NCBI GenBank assembly: GCA_965232515.1
Contig: CBDDPY010000002.1
Span: 4,192,001 to 4,256,000, forward strand
Origin: Alphaproteobacteria bacterium
GTDB lineage: Bacteria; Pseudomonadota; Alphaproteobacteria; GCA-2731375
Direction of reading: 5' to 3'
Length of the DNA: 64,000 bases
The first letter of the stretch is position 1, and every line of letters begins with the position of its first letter. The position numbers and the translations under genes are program-made. The notes beneath the pieces were generated by a model. That model was not told the DNA's origin and searched no databases. It saw nothing but the letters and a program-made list of their open reading frames with translations. Of the stretch, positions 1 through 10,669 are shown piece after piece.

Positions 1-441
1 ATGCAACTCGCCGCCCTGGCCAGGCACCGCGGCCGAAAACAGCACCAAATTCGCCGACCGGCAGATATCGTCCACAAACGACATGGCCCGGCTTGCGCTC
101 AGATGTTCCGCAACCTCGAGCGATATCGCCAGATCGAAGCGTTCATTCACGCTTACCGGCTGTTCCAGCTCCCAGGTCAGCATGTCCTCCGACGGGATAT
201 CCAGGTGCGCCGCGTCGACCCAACTTCCTTCGATCCCGAGAACACGGCCGGCGCCCAGATCGCGCGCAACCGAAAGCCACGTCGCCGATCCGCAACCGAA
301 ATCGACGACGCTGCGAATATCCGCGACCCGATTAAGGATCCCGAGAATAGATCGCGCGGAGTGAAGCGTGTTTTCTCGTCGATCCCGGTAAAAGTCGGCG
401 GCGTAGGTCTGGGCTTTTCGTTCTTGATCGGCTTCAGTCAT
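1..441 (-). CDS. Class I SAM-dependent methyltransferase (3' end runs off window; absent from ORF track)
   Basis: Manual minus-strand translation from ATG at 441: MTEADQERKAQTYAADFY...SVVDFGCGSATWL (SAM motif I)...FDLAISLEVAEHL...LFSAAVPGQGGELH, open to base 1. Confidence 0.85.
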   Translation of the reverse strand, partial: MTEADQERKAQTYAADFYRDRRENTLHSARSILGILNRVADIRSVVDFGCGSATWLSVARDLGAGRVLGIEGSWVDAAHLDIPSEDMLTWELEQPVSVNERFDLAISLEVAEHLSASRAMSFVDDICRSANLVLFSAAVPGQGGELH

Positions 442-731
442 CGTCAACCAGCTTCGAACATCGAGCGGCGGCTCGTCAAAGAAACGCCGTTTCGTTGTGG
501 CATCCTTTCCGGCCGGACGGCAACCACCGGACAGCCCGACACACGTCAATGTCACCAAGGACGGCGGTCGCCGGTCAGTTGACGGGATCGGTTGTCACAC
601 GTTTGCCACGGCCAGCGTCGATGCACGGCTGACCAAAATAGGCCCGATCTTGGTCACTGGAGGAAGGACGAACCTGTTCGCTAGTGTTTGCCGGCCGGAG
701 ACGTTCGCCGCATCCTCAGGTTGGCCAACGA

Positions 732-1709
732 ATGCGAGTGCTGGATCAAAGTTCGACGTCGTCGCCACAGGTATTCGTCGGCGGCTGCGCACGTAGCGGC
801 ACCACGATGCTGGGCTCGATGCTGGGCTCCGAGCCCCACATCCTCTGCCTGCCCGAGGCGCAGTTCATCGCGCAACTGATCACGGATAAGCGGCCGCTGA
901 ATGCGACCGACATCACCCGGCTGGTCGAGCGCATCGGCAGGCATCCGCGCTTCAAACCCTGGGGCGTCGAGATCGCGCCCGAACGGTTCCTGCATCTGGC
1001 GGACAGGGTCGACTATGCGGGCTTCATCGATGCCTTTGCCGCCGACTACGGGCGGACCGTCGGCAAGCCGCAAATTCAGCGCTGGGTCGACCATTCCCCG
1101 ATCAACATCCGCCAGGCAGGCAAGTTGGCCAACGCCTTCCCCAGATCGAAGTTCATTCACATCTACCGCGACGGCCGCGCGGTGGCGAATTCGCTGCTGC
1201 CGCTGGACTGGGGACCGAACGATATCATCGGCATGGCGGGTTACTGGCGCGACTCGCTGAGTATCGGCTTCGGGCTCTCGGTCGTGCTTGCACCGGAACG
1301 GCTGCTGCATGTGAAGTACGAAAATCTGGTCCGGCACCCGGAAACGACGATGCGGCATGTCGCTGCGTTTCTGGGAATTGCCTATTCGGATTCGCTGCTG
1401 GACACCGGCGGGTTGGCGGTACCGGCATACACGCGGGCAAATCACAGCCTGATCGGCGCCGCGCCTTCCGCCGATCGCATCAATGCCTGGCAGAACCGGT
1501 TGAGCAGCCGGGAAATCGAGGTGTTCGAATACCTGGCCGGCGGATTGCTGGCGCATCTGGGCTATGGCCTGGTGGCCGGCGGCAAACCGCGGGCGCCGTC
1601 ACAGCCGGAACGTCTGCGCTGGCGGCTGCACAATGCGTACAAACGGCGGATCAACGCCAGACGCTATCGCGCCCGCGTATCCGATTTCGGCTCGATGCAG
1701 TCCGCCTAG
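732..1709 (+). CDS. PAPS-dependent sulfotransferase
   Basis: 5'-PSB motif VGGCARSGTTML, 3'-PB motif FIHIYRDGRAVANS, KYENLV; start moved to ATG at 732. Confidence 0.88.
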   Translation: MRVLDQSSTSSPQVFVGGCARSGTTMLGSMLGSEPHILCLPEAQFIAQLITDKRPLNATDITRLVERIGRHPRFKPWGVEIAPERFLHLADRVDYAGFIDAFAADYGRTVGKPQIQRWVDHSPINIRQAGKLANAFPRSKFIHIYRDGRAVANSLLPLDWGPNDIIGMAGYWRDSLSIGFGLSVVLAPERLLHVKYENLVRHPETTMRHVAAFLGIAYSDSLLDTGGLAVPAYTRANHSLIGAAPSADRINAWQNRLSSREIEVFEYLAGGLLAHLGYGLVAGGKPRAPSQPERLRWRLHNAYKRRINARRYRARVSDFGSMQSA

Positions 1710-1728
1710 ACGCAGCTTCCGTCAGTTT

Positions 1729-2601
1729 TCAAGACGCGGCCGCGACGGTCATCGGGATTTGCCAGGCCTGCTCGACGTCGATGCCATAGACGTCGCGGAG
1801 GCGAGCCAGATCGGGCATGATTCGCGCTTCCGCCACACGCTTCTGATCGGCCGAGAGGCTGAAATCGCCTTTCGCCTTCGGTGAGACGGCGTGACGGAGC
1901 CGTTGCCGCAGCGACCGGGGCACAACCGACGTCGCCAACTGCTCCAGCGGCCGAATACCTTGCAGGAACGACCAGGCCGGATTCTCGAGATGCCGGCGGC
2001 CGGACTCGTTGTAGGTCCGACTGGTGTCGAATGCGAAGGGCGGCAGATCGAGAAACCGGCAGGTCCGGTCGAGAACGGCGCGGGTATCGTGGCGCAAACC
2101 CTCGGCGGTCAAGATCAGCACGTCCTTCATTTCGACGTGCGCCGCATAGGCGTCCAGCTGCATGGCGTAAAGCGAGGACGTCAATGCCTCCTCGAACAAC
2201 GTGTCTGTCCAAGCGAACGGTGTTCCGGCGTCACTGTTCTGCCGGCTGACGAAATACTTCTGCTCGGCGTAGGACGGCATGCGCTCGAACGGGTGCCGCA
2301 GAATGTAGATGAACCGAAACGACAGATCGGTGAGGGTGGCGATACGCGCCGGCACGCTCGGAAACATGGGCTGGATCGTATAGCTGGGGGAAGCTTCGAG
2401 CGCGATACGATGCAGATCCGGATCCCAATCCCAGTGGCCGAGATAGAAGTCGCGGCCACGGTCCCAGTGCCGCGAGAAGAAGTTGATCTCCTTGCGGTTG
2501 GCAGCGCAGATCCGGGGGTGCTGCGACAAATAGCTGAACAGGCTTGTGGTCCCGGCCTTGCCGGCGCCGATGATCAGGGCAAGATTTTTCGGTTTAGCCA
2601 T
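1729..2601 (-). CDS. Sulfotransferase (heparan-sulfate NST/3-OST-like fold)
   Basis: IIGAGKAGTTSL, HPRI..KEINFF, EASPSYT, FIYILRHPFER. Confidence 0.88.
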   Translation of the reverse strand: MAKPKNLALIIGAGKAGTTSLFSYLSQHPRICAANRKEINFFSRHWDRGRDFYLGHWDWDPDLHRIALEASPSYTIQPMFPSVPARIATLTDLSFRFIYILRHPFERMPSYAEQKYFVSRQNSDAGTPFAWTDTLFEEALTSSLYAMQLDAYAAHVEMKDVLILTAEGLRHDTRAVLDRTCRFLDLPPFAFDTSRTYNESGRRHLENPAWSFLQGIRPLEQLATSVVPRSLRQRLRHAVSPKAKGDFSLSADQKRVAEARIMPDLARLRDVYGIDVEQAWQIPMTVAAAS

Positions 2602-2647
2602 GCGCGCTCGACAATAAATGACAACCTGGACGGCAAATGCATCCGGT

Positions 2648-3775
2648 CTATCGGCCGGTCAATAAGCCGGCCATCTGCCGGGGTGTCTCCGGTTCGTTCC
2701 GCCAAGACAGCGAATGCCGGATCTTGGTGACGACGGACGGCCAAATCAGGCGGCGGATCCGCAGCAGGAACCGCAGCGACAGCAGCGGCCGCTTCGAGAC
2801 CTTGCCGTTTCGGAGGATCAGACTGATGAGCGTGATGCGGGCGCGGTTAAGCAAGGCAACCCTGGCAGCACGCCGCGGCGCGGCGTCCCCGCCGGCCAGC
2901 AGCCGGTCGAGCAGGAGATCGGCGACCCGCAGCAGGTCGCCGACTTCGCCCGCCGAGAGCGGCGCCGGGGCCGGTTGCAGGTGCAACGCGACCAACCGCT
3001 CGAAGGCCTCCAGGTGGGGCGCCAGGTCCGGAAACTGGCGCAGCAAATGCGCCGCCGCGATGCGTTTGTGATTGGCGATCTGGTCGTCCCGCCGCGTCAC
3101 CCCGACGGCGCCGCCATGTCGACGCCAGAAGACCAACGGCCCCTGGAGGACGGCGGCGTCACCGTGCAGCAGCATGCGGGTCCACAGGTCGTAATCCTGG
3201 CTGGTGGTCAGACGCTCGTCGTAGCGCAGGCCGGCGTCGCGGATCAGCTCGGCGCGAAACATCGCGCTTGGATGCAGCAGCGGCGACCAGAAGAACGAGT
3301 GCCAGCGAACCTCGATGGGCCGGAGGGCGCGGATTGCCACGGCCCGCGTCCGCGCATCGTCATCGAGGCGAACATGGCCCGATCCCGCCAGAACGACCTC
3401 GGGATTGGCCTCGAAGAACGCCAACTGTCGGGCGAAACGGTCCGGCACCGCGATGTCGTCGGCATCCATTCGAGCGATGAAACGGCCGCGCGCCGCCGCG
3501 AGGCCAATATTCAGCGACCGGGTCAGGCCCAGGTTATGCGGATTGACGATCAGCCGGATGCGCGGATCGTCAAAGCTGCGCAGGATATCGGCCGTGCGAT
3601 CGGTCGATCCGTCGTCGACGATCAGGAACTCGAAGTCGGTGGCGCTCTGGCCGAGGATGCTCTCGACCGCCTCCGCGAGAAACCGTTCGCCGTTGTAAAC
3701 CGACATCACAACGCTGATCGCCGGCCCGGGGGTCGGTTGCGTTTCCGTGCTGGATGCGCCCGCCGGCATGGCCAT
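2648..3775 (-). CDS. Glycosyltransferase family 2
   Basis: ISVVMSVYNGE, IVDDGSTD, ARMDADD (DxD), SQDYDLW. Confidence 0.92.
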   Translation of the reverse strand: MAMPAGASSTETQPTPGPAISVVMSVYNGERFLAEAVESILGQSATDFEFLIVDDGSTDRTADILRSFDDPRIRLIVNPHNLGLTRSLNIGLAAARGRFIARMDADDIAVPDRFARQLAFFEANPEVVLAGSGHVRLDDDARTRAVAIRALRPIEVRWHSFFWSPLLHPSAMFRAELIRDAGLRYDERLTTSQDYDLWTRMLLHGDAAVLQGPLVFWRRHGGAVGVTRRDDQIANHKRIAAAHLLRQFPDLAPHLEAFERLVALHLQPAPAPLSAGEVGDLLRVADLLLDRLLAGGDAAPRRAARVALLNRARITLISLILRNGKVSKRPLLSLRFLLRIRRLIWPSVVTKIRHSLSWRNEPETPRQMAGLLTGR

Positions 3776-4849
3776 CTATGTCCGCGCGGCCGAGGCCAGA
3801 CGGCGGGCGGCGACGGCCAGCATCGACGGCAGGTAGCGGTAGGCGCGGACGAGAAAACAGGCCGCCAGCAAGGGCCGCTTGTGCAGGCGGCCCTTGCGCA
3901 GCACGGCGCCGAACAGCAGCAGCGCGGCGTTGCGCGTGACAGCGATCCGATCGTCGACCGACAGCGGTCGCGGCGGCTGCGCAACGAAACTCCGCAGCAT
4001 CTGGTTCACGGCGCCGAGGCAGGCGGCGGCGTCGCGCCAGCTGATCGGCGCTTCGGCGCCGAAGCCATGGATCTCGACCAGCCGCGCGATCTTGTCGCGC
4101 TGCGCGCGCAGCGCCGGGAACTGCCGTTCGACATTGGCCCGCGCGATGGCAATGGTCGTCGCCATCTGTTGCCGCCGCCGGGCGACGCCGATGGCGCCGG
4201 CATGCCGCCGCCAGGTCACCAGCGGCCGGCCGAGACGCGCGCCCGCGCCAAACGCAAGCATGCGGACCCACATGTCGTAGTCCTCGGCATCGGCATGCTC
4301 GTCATAGCGCAGGCGGCCCTGGCCGGTCAGGCTGGCGCGAAACATGACGCTGGGATGGATCACCGGCGAATGGAGCAGCGCGGTCCAGCGAAACTCGGCA
4401 TCGGCCATCGGCCGGGCGACCCGCTCGACCTGATGGCCGGCATCGTCGATCGAGACATAGCCGGAACCGAGCAGAACCACGTCCGGGTTGGCCTCCAGGA
4501 ACGCGACCTGTTCGGCCAAACGCTCGGGATGGGCGATGTCATCGGCGTCGAAGCGGGCAACATAGCGGCCTCGAACCGCCTCGAGGCCGACATTCAACGT
4601 CTTCGTCACGCCCATATTGCGTTCGTTCGCGATAACCCTGAGGCGCGGATCGTCGATGCCGGCGAGCACCGCGCGGGTGCCGTCGGTGGACCCGTCGTCG
4701 ACAATCAGAAACTCAAAATCAGTGAAACTCTGTCCAAGGATGCTGTCGACCGCCGCGCGCAGATAACGCTCGCCGTTGTAGACGGGCATCAGGACGCTGA
4801 CCATCGGTGGCGCGCCGGACGGCGTTTCGGTGGCAGCAGGAATACGCAT
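3776..4849 (-). CDS. Glycosyltransferase family 2
   Basis: VSVLMPVYNGE, IVDDGSTD, ARFDADD, AEDYDMW; abuts the next GT2. Confidence 0.92.
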   Translation of the reverse strand: MRIPAATETPSGAPPMVSVLMPVYNGERYLRAAVDSILGQSFTDFEFLIVDDGSTDGTRAVLAGIDDPRLRVIANERNMGVTKTLNVGLEAVRGRYVARFDADDIAHPERLAEQVAFLEANPDVVLLGSGYVSIDDAGHQVERVARPMADAEFRWTALLHSPVIHPSVMFRASLTGQGRLRYDEHADAEDYDMWVRMLAFGAGARLGRPLVTWRRHAGAIGVARRRQQMATTIAIARANVERQFPALRAQRDKIARLVEIHGFGAEAPISWRDAAACLGAVNQMLRSFVAQPPRPLSVDDRIAVTRNAALLLFGAVLRKGRLHKRPLLAACFLVRAYRYLPSMLAVAARRLASAART

Positions 4850-5132
4850 TTACGGAACCTGCCACAACGCCGATAACGAAAACGCAAACAATCCTGAGAC
4901 AATTGTATGGCTTGCGGTGCCGGGCACGAGCACTCTGGAGAGGCGATCCGCATCGCGGATATATCTCAGGTCGATTAAAACTTTAGCGGGTGCGCCGCCA
5001 GTCAGGTGGATGACCCGCCATCGAATTGCTGATACAGATCTCGACGCAAGCTCGCCGGCCGAACCACGCCATCCAGCGAAAACAAACAAGTTGCGAGACG
5101 ACGGCGCGGCCGGCCGTCGATTCGAGGGCACG

Positions 5133-6065
5133 ATGACCGACAGCCGACGCGACCGGCCAGACCAGATCTGCCTGATCATCGGCGCGATGAAGTCGGGCAC
5201 GACGAGCCTGTTCAATTACCTGGCGGACCATCCGCAGATCTGCCCCAGCCGCACGAAAGAGCCGGATTTCTTCGCGCTGGACGAGGTCTATGACCAGGGT
5301 CTGGACTGGTACTTCGACCTCTGGAACTGGCGGCCCGGCGCGCAGGCGGTGGCGCTCGAGGCCTCGACCAACTACACCAAGCGGCCCGTCTTCGAGCACA
5401 CGGCCGATCGGATCGCCGCGGTCACGGGCGTCCGGTTCAAGTTCATCTACGTGATGCGGGACCCGCTGGCGCGGATAGAATCGCAGGCGAAGTATGCGGC
5501 CTATGCCGGCCGCGAGGTGCGGGGCGAAGCGCATGCCCGGATCATGCCGCGCTATTCGCGGTCCTATTCGCTCGACGAGGGCGTCAGCGAGCTCGCGGTC
5601 GCTTTTTCGAAGTACGCCTATCAGCTCGATCCGTTCGCCAAGCTGTTCCCGCGGCAAGACATCAAGCTGGTGTCGTTCGAGGATCTGATCGGCGACCCCG
5701 CGGCGGTGCTGCGCGACATCTGCGGCTTTCTGGCGATCGATCCGACGCACCCGTTCGCCGTCGACGGCAAGGCCTTCAACGAGTCGGCGGGTCTGACCCG
5801 GCCGGCGGACGCCTGGCTCAAGCTGCGCGCGATCGGACCGCTGGAGAAGTTGGCGGTGGGCCTGGTGCCGGCGGCGTTCAGGCGGCGGATGCGGGACATG
5901 GCGACGTCGCGGCCCCGGGGCCGGTTCGAACTGACCGCGGCAGAACGGGCCGCGGTGCTGCAGGCGCTGGCTCCCGATCTCGTCCGGTTGCGGGACGACT
6001 TCGGCTTCGACGCCGAGGCCGCGTGGGGCATCGATCTGGGCCGGGACCATGCCGGCAATCCCTGA
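5133..6065 (+). CDS. Sulfotransferase, paralogue of 1729..2601
   Basis: IIGAMKSGTTSL, HPQI..KEPDFF, EASTNYT, FIYVMRDPLAR; start at ATG 5133 after GAGGG. Confidence 0.88.
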   Translation: MTDSRRDRPDQICLIIGAMKSGTTSLFNYLADHPQICPSRTKEPDFFALDEVYDQGLDWYFDLWNWRPGAQAVALEASTNYTKRPVFEHTADRIAAVTGVRFKFIYVMRDPLARIESQAKYAAYAGREVRGEAHARIMPRYSRSYSLDEGVSELAVAFSKYAYQLDPFAKLFPRQDIKLVSFEDLIGDPAAVLRDICGFLAIDPTHPFAVDGKAFNESAGLTRPADAWLKLRAIGPLEKLAVGLVPAAFRRRMRDMATSRPRGRFELTAAERAAVLQALAPDLVRLRDDFGFDAEAAWGIDLGRDHAGNP

Positions 6066-6086
6066 ACGGCGGCGGGCGGCGACGGC

Positions 6087-7241
6087 GTGACCGACGCGAA
6101 CGGGGCGGCCGACGGTCGGCGCAAACGGTTCACGTTCGTGACGGTCGCGCCCTACTATCCCGAGGCGGTGGGCGGGGCGCAGCTATCGACTCATACCCTG
6201 CTGACGATACTGGCCGGGTTGGGCTGGGATGTCGGCGTGATTTGCGCCAAGGAAGCCTCGACGAACGCGTCCAGCTATCTCGGCCGCCGATGGCGTTCGG
6301 CCATCAACGCGCTGGCGGGGCCCAGTCGCGAGACCGATATGGACTGCGGCTATGCCTGCACGCGGTTCGGGCGGCTGTCGCAGCTTCGCCTGCGCCCGCT
6401 GTTCGCCGAACTTGAACGCCGCGGCCCAACGGTGATCGCCACCGAAATCGGCACGGGCGGCCATACGCCCTCGAAGCTCGCGCTGCTGCGGTCGCTGATC
6501 GCGCGGCCGGCGCCGAGCTTCGTTTTCGTGCGCACGTTGTCGGATCCGGCCTTCGAGCGGATCGACGGCTGGTCGGGACCGCATCTGACCTTCGTCGCCA
6601 ATTCGCCGTTCGTCGCCGGAGAACTGGAACGCCTCTACGGCATCGCCGCCAAGATTCTGCTGCCGGTGATCGAGATCGACGGCTTCGGCATGGACGATGC
6701 CGACAAACGGCCTTTCGTCACCTTCATCAATCCGGTGCCGGAGAAAGGCGCATCGGTGTTCGTCGAGATCGCCGAGCGCATGCCGGACGTGCGGTTTCTG
6801 GTGGTCAAGGGCAAGTGGTCGCAGCGCGACTATGACGGGGCCGGCGATCTCGATGCCATCGCCCGGCTGCCAAATGTCCGCATCGCCGCGTTCACCAATG
6901 ACGTCGTGCAGATCTATCGGCAGACGCGCGTGCTGCTGGTGCCGTCGCAGTTTCCCGAACCGTTCGGCCGCGTCGTTGTCGAGGCGCAGGCGAACGGCAT
7001 TCCCGTGGTCGCGAGCGATCGGGGCGGATTGCGCTATGCGGTCGGCGCCGGCGGCATGCTGGTGTCGCCGGCGGACGCGCCGGGCGGCTATGTCGACGCG
7101 CTGTACGCGCTGCTGAGAAACGACGCGGCGTACCGGGAACATCGCCGCGCGGCGCTGGCAAACGCCGAGGGCTACCGCCACACGCGCGAATCGCAACTGA
7201 ACGATTTTCTTTCCGGCCTGAATGGTCTGTTACGACACTAA
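6087..7241 (+). CDS. Glycosyltransferase family 4
   Basis: GGAQ near N-terminus, NPVPEKG, EPFGRVVVEAQANGIPVV (Ex7E). Confidence 0.9.
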   Translation: MTDANGAADGRRKRFTFVTVAPYYPEAVGGAQLSTHTLLTILAGLGWDVGVICAKEASTNASSYLGRRWRSAINALAGPSRETDMDCGYACTRFGRLSQLRLRPLFAELERRGPTVIATEIGTGGHTPSKLALLRSLIARPAPSFVFVRTLSDPAFERIDGWSGPHLTFVANSPFVAGELERLYGIAAKILLPVIEIDGFGMDDADKRPFVTFINPVPEKGASVFVEIAERMPDVRFLVVKGKWSQRDYDGAGDLDAIARLPNVRIAAFTNDVVQIYRQTRVLLVPSQFPEPFGRVVVEAQANGIPVVASDRGGLRYAVGAGGMLVSPADAPGGYVDALYALLRNDAAYREHRRAALANAEGYRHTRESQLNDFLSGLNGLLRH

Positions 7242-7276
7242 CGTCCCGGCAAGACGGTTGCCGGTTGCCTGGACCA

Positions 7277-8485
7277 TCATCTCGGCGCCATCAGTCTCCG
7301 GATTGGGCGGACGACCTGCGGCAGAAGTGGCACCCGTCGCAACTCGCTTCGCAGCAACATCGCGGCCGCCTTCAACGGCCGCAGTCGCTTCGAACGCGCC
7401 ACACTCCGATCGATGGCGCGAACAATGTCATCGCGGCCGCGTTCCTGCGCCGCGTCACGAATCTCCAACGCGAAATCGACGTCGCTCTGATGCATCAGAT
7501 AGACGTTCGCCACGCGATCCAAACTGTAGTCGATCCAGTCGAACGATCTGCCCAGACGCCGCTTGTCCAGCAGATCGAGCGTCACCATTGTCCGCAGGCA
7601 TTTGCTGCATTGGCTGCAATTCGACGCGCTGCGAGAACGCCAGCACACGCGCAATGTGGCCGCCGCCTCGGGTTCTTCGCAGATCCGCGCCGTCTTTTCG
7701 ACACGCGTGGCGACGCCGCCATGATGAACGAACGCCATATGCGCCGAGCTGTATAGCGGGTCGGCCAGCGGATGCGATCCCCAGGGCGCCAGATGCCCGA
7801 AGTCATGCGTCGATCCGATCAGCATGGTCTTGAACTTGTTCGACAGCAGATGGCCGACGCATGCCAACGCCGCGCCATGTGTCAATTCACCCCACCAGCG
7901 CTGAAATCCAGGCAAATCGCGCAGATTTGTGGCAATCGGAATGAGCGCCTTGTCGAAATGCGCGGCCGTACGTTCGCCGATCGCGCATGCCTGGGCAAAC
8001 TCGTCCGGCGCCTCGAGCGGAATATCGAAGCCCCACATCATCACAAGGCTGGTCACATCGGCGCTGGCGGCATCGTCAACGCCGTCGTCCGCACCCAGCA
8101 ACGAGAAATAGCCATCGACGCCGCCACTGAAGAACAGGCCGGTTTCGGTGCCACGAATTGGATTGGGACACGCCTGTGTCTCGATGTCGACGGGCCGCGT
8201 CCACGGATACCAGCTGTGCCAGAGACGTTGCAGGCCCTTGAGATTGTAAAGAAGCGTCGGATCGACCGGGAGGTCGATGACGAGGTCCTCTTCCGCGCAT
8301 ATCGCCGCCGGCAAAAGCATGACCAGCCAGGGTTCGCCGCGGTCGTTGACACTGGCCTCCAGGCCGGTCGGCAAATCGAACCATATCGTCCGGGGCTGCT
8401 GACGTGCGAACGCGACCTCTGCTGAAATTCGAACGTGGCCGGAACCCGACGGCGATGGGCGCCGATCGACGGCAACGAGCTGCAC
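7277..8485 (-). CDS. Uncharacterised PP-loop (QueC-like) protein with C-terminal Cys cluster
   Basis: FFSGGVDG PP-loop, WGFDI, PWGSHP, LRVCW-x6-NCSQCSKCLRT; GTG start with GAGG RBS. Confidence 0.75.
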   Translation of the reverse strand: MQLVAVDRRPSPSGSGHVRISAEVAFARQQPRTIWFDLPTGLEASVNDRGEPWLVMLLPAAICAEEDLVIDLPVDPTLLYNLKGLQRLWHSWYPWTRPVDIETQACPNPIRGTETGLFFSGGVDGYFSLLGADDGVDDAASADVTSLVMMWGFDIPLEAPDEFAQACAIGERTAAHFDKALIPIATNLRDLPGFQRWWGELTHGAALACVGHLLSNKFKTMLIGSTHDFGHLAPWGSHPLADPLYSSAHMAFVHHGGVATRVEKTARICEEPEAAATLRVCWRSRSASNCSQCSKCLRTMVTLDLLDKRRLGRSFDWIDYSLDRVANVYLMHQSDVDFALEIRDAAQERGRDDIVRAIDRSVARSKRLRPLKAAAMLLRSELRRVPLLPQVVRPIRRLMAPR

Positions 8486-8653
8486 AATTCGACCTCGTGC
8501 AATTGCTCAAATTAGCGAATAGCAATGTAACTCATACGACCTAGTTCCTAAATTGGATTTAACAAGAAGGGGTATTGTCCGGCGGTCACACCTGGACGAT
8601 TGCGAGAGCATCACCGCGTCGACCCGCGTCGGCCTCGGCCGCAGAATCCGGAC

Positions 8654-9454
8654 TTAGTTTTTCGGCAGTTCGAAGTCGGGAAAATATCGCTGCAATAAAT
8701 CGTCGCAGTGCGTTCGCAGTTTTCGGCGAACGAAATCCGCATCCAATTCGGATATCAGATTCCGGTCCTTCCTGGTCGGATGGGAGTGCGACTTCGACGC
8801 GTTCAGCTTTTTCAGCGGGCTTCCGGTGAAGCCGGCGATTTGTTCGAGGCTTGCGGAAATTCGATCTGTTCTCAAGACCAGCAGCCTGTCGGGCGGCACC
8901 ACCGACAACACCCGCCGATTGTGCGCCGCCCAATAGGCGAAGTATCCATCGAGCGTGTAGAACCCGTGATCCTTAAGGATCTTCTCTTCGGCGGAATGAG
9001 TATGGATTTCCGGCTTGAATCTCAGCTCGCTCAATCGCAGCCAAGGATTGTCCGGCGGCGACGGGTTGTTGATGCGGTGGTTGACGAACGAGTTGACCCA
9101 GGAGTAGGGATCGCGGATCGTCAGAATGAACTTGGCCGCCTCGAAGCGGTCGACCAGCGTGTCGATGAAGAAGTAGTTCAGCTGGCTCGAATTCATCTCC
9201 AGATCGAGGCGTCGGTCGGTCGCCACGATAAAGTCGTCAAATGCCTGTCGGGTGATGCGGCCGTTTTCGAACGAGATGATGGCGTCGATCGCCGCCGCGG
9301 CGTCCGGCTCGTGCCCGGCGCGGTACCTCGTGGCGAACAGCTGGGCCAACGATACGGTTCCGGATTTCGCCGTGCCGACGCAATAGATCTGGAAACGCCG
9401 CTTGCGCCCGGGCAATCCGCGCCGGAGCGCCGGGCGCACGAGCTTCATCAGCAT
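8654..9454 (-). CDS. Sulfotransferase
   Basis: CVGTAKSGTVSL, KFILTIRDPYSWVNS, HNRRV..VPPDRLL. Confidence 0.85.
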   Translation of the reverse strand: MLMKLVRPALRRGLPGRKRRFQIYCVGTAKSGTVSLAQLFATRYRAGHEPDAAAAIDAIISFENGRITRQAFDDFIVATDRRLDLEMNSSQLNYFFIDTLVDRFEAAKFILTIRDPYSWVNSFVNHRINNPSPPDNPWLRLSELRFKPEIHTHSAEEKILKDHGFYTLDGYFAYWAAHNRRVLSVVPPDRLLVLRTDRISASLEQIAGFTGSPLKKLNASKSHSHPTRKDRNLISELDADFVRRKLRTHCDDLLQRYFPDFELPKN

Positions 9455-9640
9455 TGGAACGACACGTCCTACTCCCGATCCCGCCGGGGCGATGTGATCC
9501 GCCCGAGCGGGATCTCGACTGCGTCACGGCACCGCGAACGGTATCACAGCGGCCGAACGCTTCCAATTCGGCGGGCCCTGGTGGATAAAGTGCGACAGGT
9601 TCAAGCTGTCATCGACGCTCGGACGTGACGAAAAGCGCTT

Positions 9641-10648
9641 ATGAGTGAAAATCCGACACCGCCTCGCTACACGGCGCAGGCACAGGAGTTGAAAGACAAG
9701 CTGCTGCTCCTGAAAGACCTGATTCCGGTCGGTTCACCGATTTTCTATTTCGATTACGCGGTCTATTCGAATGTCGGCGATCTGCTTATCCACTATGCGA
9801 CACAGAAGTTTCTGGAAGATCACGGCTATGCGATACGAAGCTGGACGTCGCACCAGAACCTGACGCAACGGACGCTGGACTCGATCACCGACGACGCCAC
9901 CATCGTCTTCCAGGGCGGCGGCAATTTTGGCGACCTCTACAGCCTTCATCAGGACATGCGGCTGCGCGTGTTGTCGGCCAAACCCAACGTCCGGTCGGTC
10001 ATTCTGCCGCAAAGCATCTATTTCACGGACGAAGCAAAGACGCGGGAGACGGCACGCATCTTCGCGCGCTGCCGCGACCTGCATTTCGTGACGCGGGACC
10101 GTGTGTCGCTGGCGTTCGCACAGAAGCGCTTTTCCGCCAATCTCTACTGCCTGCCGGATATCGTGCATTATCTTTTTCAAGCCGACCGTCCCGCACCGAC
10201 GGCCGGCGGCACGCTGTATTTCGTCCGCCGCGACCACTTCCGAAGTCCGGATCAGGACCCGGCGGTTCAACATCTGTTGGCGGACGCGCAAGAGGCCGAT
10301 TTCGTCGACTGGTCCGATTTTCTGAGCCGGTCCGACAAACGGATCTTTCGACTTGCAGACCGGCTGCACCGGCTCGACCGGCTGGCCGGCAACCGCATGC
10401 CGGTGCATGCGGGCTGGCTGATCTACCGGGACCGGCTGGTCGACCGCGCGCTGTCGTTCTTCGCTCGACACGACGGTCTGATCACCAACCGCCTGCACGG
10501 CCTGCTGCTGGGACTTCTGTCGGGACACCGTATCTCGGTCTTCGACACGCAGTACGGAAAGCTGACGTCCTACTACGAGAGCTGGCTGTCCGATTTCCCC
10601 GATCTCGATCTGGTCGGCGCGCCGATCCACGAGGGCTATATGACCTGA
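9641..10648 (+). CDS. Polysaccharide pyruvyltransferase (EpsI/YvfF/ExoV-type)
   Basis: NVGDLLI, QGGGNFGDLY, LPQSIYF, TRD, TNRLHG, YGKL. Confidence 0.9.
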   Translation: MSENPTPPRYTAQAQELKDKLLLLKDLIPVGSPIFYFDYAVYSNVGDLLIHYATQKFLEDHGYAIRSWTSHQNLTQRTLDSITDDATIVFQGGGNFGDLYSLHQDMRLRVLSAKPNVRSVILPQSIYFTDEAKTRETARIFARCRDLHFVTRDRVSLAFAQKRFSANLYCLPDIVHYLFQADRPAPTAGGTLYFVRRDHFRSPDQDPAVQHLLADAQEADFVDWSDFLSRSDKRIFRLADRLHRLDRLAGNRMPVHAGWLIYRDRLVDRALSFFARHDGLITNRLHGLLLGLLSGHRISVFDTQYGKLTSYYESWLSDFPDLDLVGAPIHEGYMT

Positions 10649-10669
10649 GGCCGCCCCCTCTCGTGCCGC

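Noticed and set aside
1-582. 193-aa plus-strand ORF
   Set aside because: The opposite strand encodes a clear methyltransferase (1..441)
2714-4876. 720-aa plus-strand ORF (likewise 11900..14026, 34467..37163, 34669..36651, 30329..31450)
   Set aside because: Antisense shadows of well-supported minus-strand genes in GC-rich DNA; no motifs
7277-8485. True queC or Qat/Dpd defence annotation
   Set aside because: No queD/queE/folE, dpdA or qatABD neighbours; the context is purely glycan biosynthesis
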